Part shown: one piece after another, positions 61,414 through 64,000 of the stretch | Numbering within the stretch: the first letter of the stretch is position 1 | How the letters are laid out: every line of letters starts with the position of its first letter | Assembly: GCA_963718525.1 (NCBI GenBank) | Contig: OY970355.1 | Coordinates: 96,001-160,000 of the forward strand | Source: Candidatus Dormiibacterota bacterium | GTDB taxonomy: Bacteria > Chloroflexota > Dormibacteria > Aeolococcales > Aeolococcaceae | Direction of reading: 5' to 3' | Length of the DNA: 64,000 nucleotides | Program-made: the position numbers and the translations under genes | Notes under the pieces: generated by a model | What the model saw: only the letters and a program-made list of their open reading frames with translations | Database searches by the model: none | What the model was told of the DNA's origin: nothing

Positions 61414-61442
61414 CTCAAGATACATTCGCGGACCCTGGCTTG
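61414..61442 (+). repeat. 29-bp array site
   Basis: CTCAAGATACAT-TCGCGG-ACCCTGGCTTG. Confidence 0.92.
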
Positions 61443-61553
61443 CGGTAGAGGGCTGTGCCTCGGGCGCATGGGCACGCCCCCCGCGTCGACCCACGCGGAG
61501 CCCAGCCAGTCAGCGTGGACCCTGGCGGCACGGCGATCGGCACAATCGGGATC

Positions 61554-62219
61554 ATGTCAACACCGGTAGCGTTCTCATGGAGTGCAGGGAAAGACTCAGC
61601 CTTCGGTCTTCGGACGCTGCTCCGTGATCCCAGGTACGAGGTCCGGGCGCTGATGACGACCATCACGGAGGGCTACGACCGGGTGAGCATATCGGGCGTG
61701 CGCGAGGAGCTTCTTGACCGGCAGGCCTCAGCGCTCCAGTTGCCATTGATCAAGGTGCGGATTCCCCCCGCTTGCACGACGGAGGAATACGAAGAGCGCT
61801 TGGCGACGGCGCTGGCCGGCGAAGAGCTCAGTGGCGTTGAGCACGTTGCTTTCGGGGACCTCTTTCTGGAGGACGTTCGGGCGCATCGGGAGGAGCGCCT
61901 GAGCCTGGCTGGCAAGCACGGTCTTTTCCCGCTCTGGGGCCGGGATACAAACGCGCTGGCTCGAGACATGATAGCCAACGGATTTCGCGCCTTCGTCGTA
62001 TGCGTCGATCCTGAGGCCCTCGATGCGTCCTTCGCGGGGAGACCGTTCGACGGCACGTTCCTACGCGACCTGCCCAAGGGCGTCGACCCTTGCGGCGAGA
62101 ACGGCGAGTTTCACACCTTCGTATGGGCGGCGCCGATGTATCAGAACCCGATTCCGTGCCGTACCGGTGAGGTGGTCATCCGCGACGGATTTGTGTTCTG
62201 CGACGTTATTCCACATTGA
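61554..62219 (+). CDS. PP-loop ATPase (diphthamide synthase-like adenine nucleotide alpha hydrolase)
   Basis: SWSAGKDS, FGDLFLED, DPCGENGEFHT. Confidence 0.9.
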   Translation: MSTPVAFSWSAGKDSAFGLRTLLRDPRYEVRALMTTITEGYDRVSISGVREELLDRQASALQLPLIKVRIPPACTTEEYEERLATALAGEELSGVEHVAFGDLFLEDVRAHREERLSLAGKHGLFPLWGRDTNALARDMIANGFRAFVVCVDPEALDASFAGRPFDGTFLRDLPKGVDPCGENGEFHTFVWAAPMYQNPIPCRTGEVVIRDGFVFCDVIPH

Positions 62220-62466
62220 TGGGATCCGATAACAGGAGCTGCTTACCCACCACCGATGAGTGCGCCCGCAAGCGTCGTTTCGAGCCACGCAACGTATCGC
62301 GCCGTCCCCAGCCCAGCAGGACAGTCAGCAACTGATGCACCTCTGGATTGCTCACGGCCCAGACCCGTCTCAGCCGACACCGCCGATGAGGCGCCCTCCC
62401 GGAGCTGGCGTTGCTGCGGAGAGCCTCAAACGCTGTCGGGGCAGGCTGCCTCCGTCGGCGACGTTC

Positions 62467-62976
62467 TCATGACGAGCGTGGGACCCGTGGAGCTGACCGC
62501 ATCAGCCCCGCACCCAGCAGAACGGCCGGAATGAGCCCGACTGCGGCCGGAATGACCATCTCGGCTGCCGATGGATCGACAGCCGGGTAAGTCGCGAAGA
62601 GGAGTCGGACAAGGCCCGCGCCGTAACCGGCGAGGCACACGCCTACGGCGATCAACGCCGGCAGCCTTCTGCCCCTCTTCGCAAACACGCCCAGCACGAG
62701 TAGGACGGCGGGACCCGCAACGAGGGCCGTGAGCAGCACATCAATTCCATCGGGGATCCGCTGATGGCGCGCAACCGCTAGGCCGACACCGTAGAGATCA
62801 GCTGCGATAGCAACGATGAGGAGCACGACCGCAGCCGCAACGAGACTGGCGCCGCCGGCGGCCATGAGACGACGATCGGTTCCGACACCCTGCTGCGGGG
62901 AATACCACCCGTACGCCGCGGTGGCACCTACATACATAGCGAGAAGGAGGGTGAGGATGATCACGTCCCCCTCCAC
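62467..62976 (-). CDS. Hypothetical membrane protein
   Basis: About 5 hydrophobic helices. Confidence 0.55.
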   Translation of the reverse strand: MEGDVIILTLLLAMYVGATAAYGWYSPQQGVGTDRRLMAAGGASLVAAAVVLLIVAIAADLYGVGLAVARHQRIPDGIDVLLTALVAGPAVLLVLGVFAKRGRRLPALIAVGVCLAGYGAGLVRLLFATYPAVDPSAAEMVIPAAVGLIPAVLLGAGLMRSAPRVPRSS

Positions 62977-63242
62977 CTACGTATGGCATACGCCGCCGAT
63001 GCTTGCATCCGACTGCTCCGCGCATTGCGTGTCGCGCCGAGATGCAACGCACCGTCCACCGTGAAGGCTACGCCGCTTCGGAGAACGTGCAGCAGGGTCA
63101 CCACTGTCATCTTGCTGACAGTTGAGTGGTGGTTCAGCTCCCCCGTCTCCCGTCGAAGAATGGTCGGCGCGACCTTACAGTCGACAGCTGGCATCGTACA
63201 GACGTTCACTATCACGACGAACCGCCTTGTGGCTAGCATCTG

Positions 63243-63638
63243 GTGAGGCACATCCTTAGTCCGTTGACGAAGGGGATCATCCTCGTCCCGTTTGCAGGCT
63301 TCTTCCTGTGCGGCTGCGGAACTGGCTTCACACCGGTCACCTGCACCAATCAATATGGCGTGACGCGAACCTGGTCGTCGTTACCGTCCGGCATCTCCGG
63401 TGGGCTCTTTGGCGCATCGCAGGCGTCCATTCAGGGGTCAATCGACAAGAGCGCTGGACCGCCGCCGGTGAACATCAGATATCCCGTGCTAAGCGCCATC
63501 GCGGAGGGGGTCGATCCGGTCGATGCAGCCCGTATGTTCGGACTAATTACCATCGCGGACCCCGGCGTTCCGACCCCTGCTCAAATCGCCAAAGCCGAGG
63601 ATCCTGCCACCTACGGCTGGACCTGCCACGCCGCGTAG
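63243..63638 (+). CDS. Putative lipoprotein
   Basis: Lipobox LCGC, terminal GWTC. Confidence 0.6.
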   Translation: MRHILSPLTKGIILVPFAGFFLCGCGTGFTPVTCTNQYGVTRTWSSLPSGISGGLFGASQASIQGSIDKSAGPPPVNIRYPVLSAIAEGVDPVDAARMFGLITIADPGVPTPAQIAKAEDPATYGWTCHAA

Positions 63639-63640
63639 CG

Positions 63641-63757
63641 GAGACCGACCTACTCCTGTTCGACCCCGACCCTTCCGTCCAGGAAACCTCTGCTCGAGAG
63701 TGGTGCGCGTGGGAAGACACCCATGTCTCGCTCGCTCCGGGTCACCAGCCTAGGCGG
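63641..63757 (+). pseudogene. Fragment of prolyl aminopeptidase
   Basis: LLFDPDPSVQETSAREWCAWEDTHVSL resembles the proline iminopeptidase cap region; no start or catalytic motifs. Confidence 0.55.
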
Positions 63758-64000
63758 TGGGAGGGGACCCGGATGGGCCCCCGTCCCGACCGCCAGTCAC
63801 GCCGACGGCGCTTAGACCTTGCCGATCAGCGTGTTCCAGTCGCCACTGACGCTGTATTGGGAAGCGACCCAGATGTGGTTCTGGTCGTGTCCGAAGCCGT
63901 CGTAGGACGCAGCCTCAAAGTCGCCCCACCTCGAGTCAAAGGTCGCTGACGGACCCTTGATCAGGAACTTGGGGGTGCCGAGCGCTCCGAGCGGGGAGCC

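Larger units (their letters stand above)
38248..61442 (+). mobile_element. Putative gene-cassette array delimited by a 29-bp direct-repeat site (may continue rightwards)
   Basis: At least 23 same-orientation intergenic copies of the motif separating mostly single genes or small operons. Confidence 0.7.

Noticed and set aside
38248-61442. CRISPR interpretation of the 29-bp repeats
   Set aside because: Spacing is hundreds to thousands of bp, intervals contain whole genes, copies are degenerate, and there are no cas genes.
38248-61442. Classical integron attC sites or Rho-independent terminators
   Set aside because: No RYYYAAC/GTTRRRY boxes, no long or strong hairpin and no U-tract. The motif strand is fixed regardless of gene direction.
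38248-61442. Canonical dif/pdif sites
   Set aside because: Lacks the TTATGTTAAAT-like XerD arm, and copies are all direct rather than alternating. Xer involvement is not fully excluded.

Overview
High-GC bacterial window (Actinomycetota-, Chloroflexota- or Dormibacterota-like; taxonomy is inference) with two distinct halves. Bases 1 to ~38,200 are densely packed ordinary chromosomal genes: ECF sigma/anti-sigma pair, ABC transporters, MMPL, two divergent EAL-GAF-GGDEF proteins around a small secreted peptide, APC permease, DPP-IV peptidase, ADH, a ferric reductase/NuoF-like/ferredoxin cluster with a two-component system, a cytochrome b cluster, and a PHP protein. From ~38,200 to the end lies a 23+ kb array of short, unrelated genes in mixed orientation: GNATs, VOC, DinB, RidA, HAD, NTF2, lipoproteins, small membrane proteins and gene fragments. 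These are separated by at least 23 copies of a 29-bp intergenic motif (consensus CTCAAGGTACAT-TNSCGG-ATGCTGGCCTG), all in the same orientation. The motif has a CAT-6bp-ATG dyad core, and its left and right halves reassort between copies. It is neither an attC nor a CRISPR repeat, and no recombinase lies in the window. The best interpretation (inference) is an integron-like gene-cassette array that uses a non-attC recombination site. All calls were made by eye; no database searches were run.
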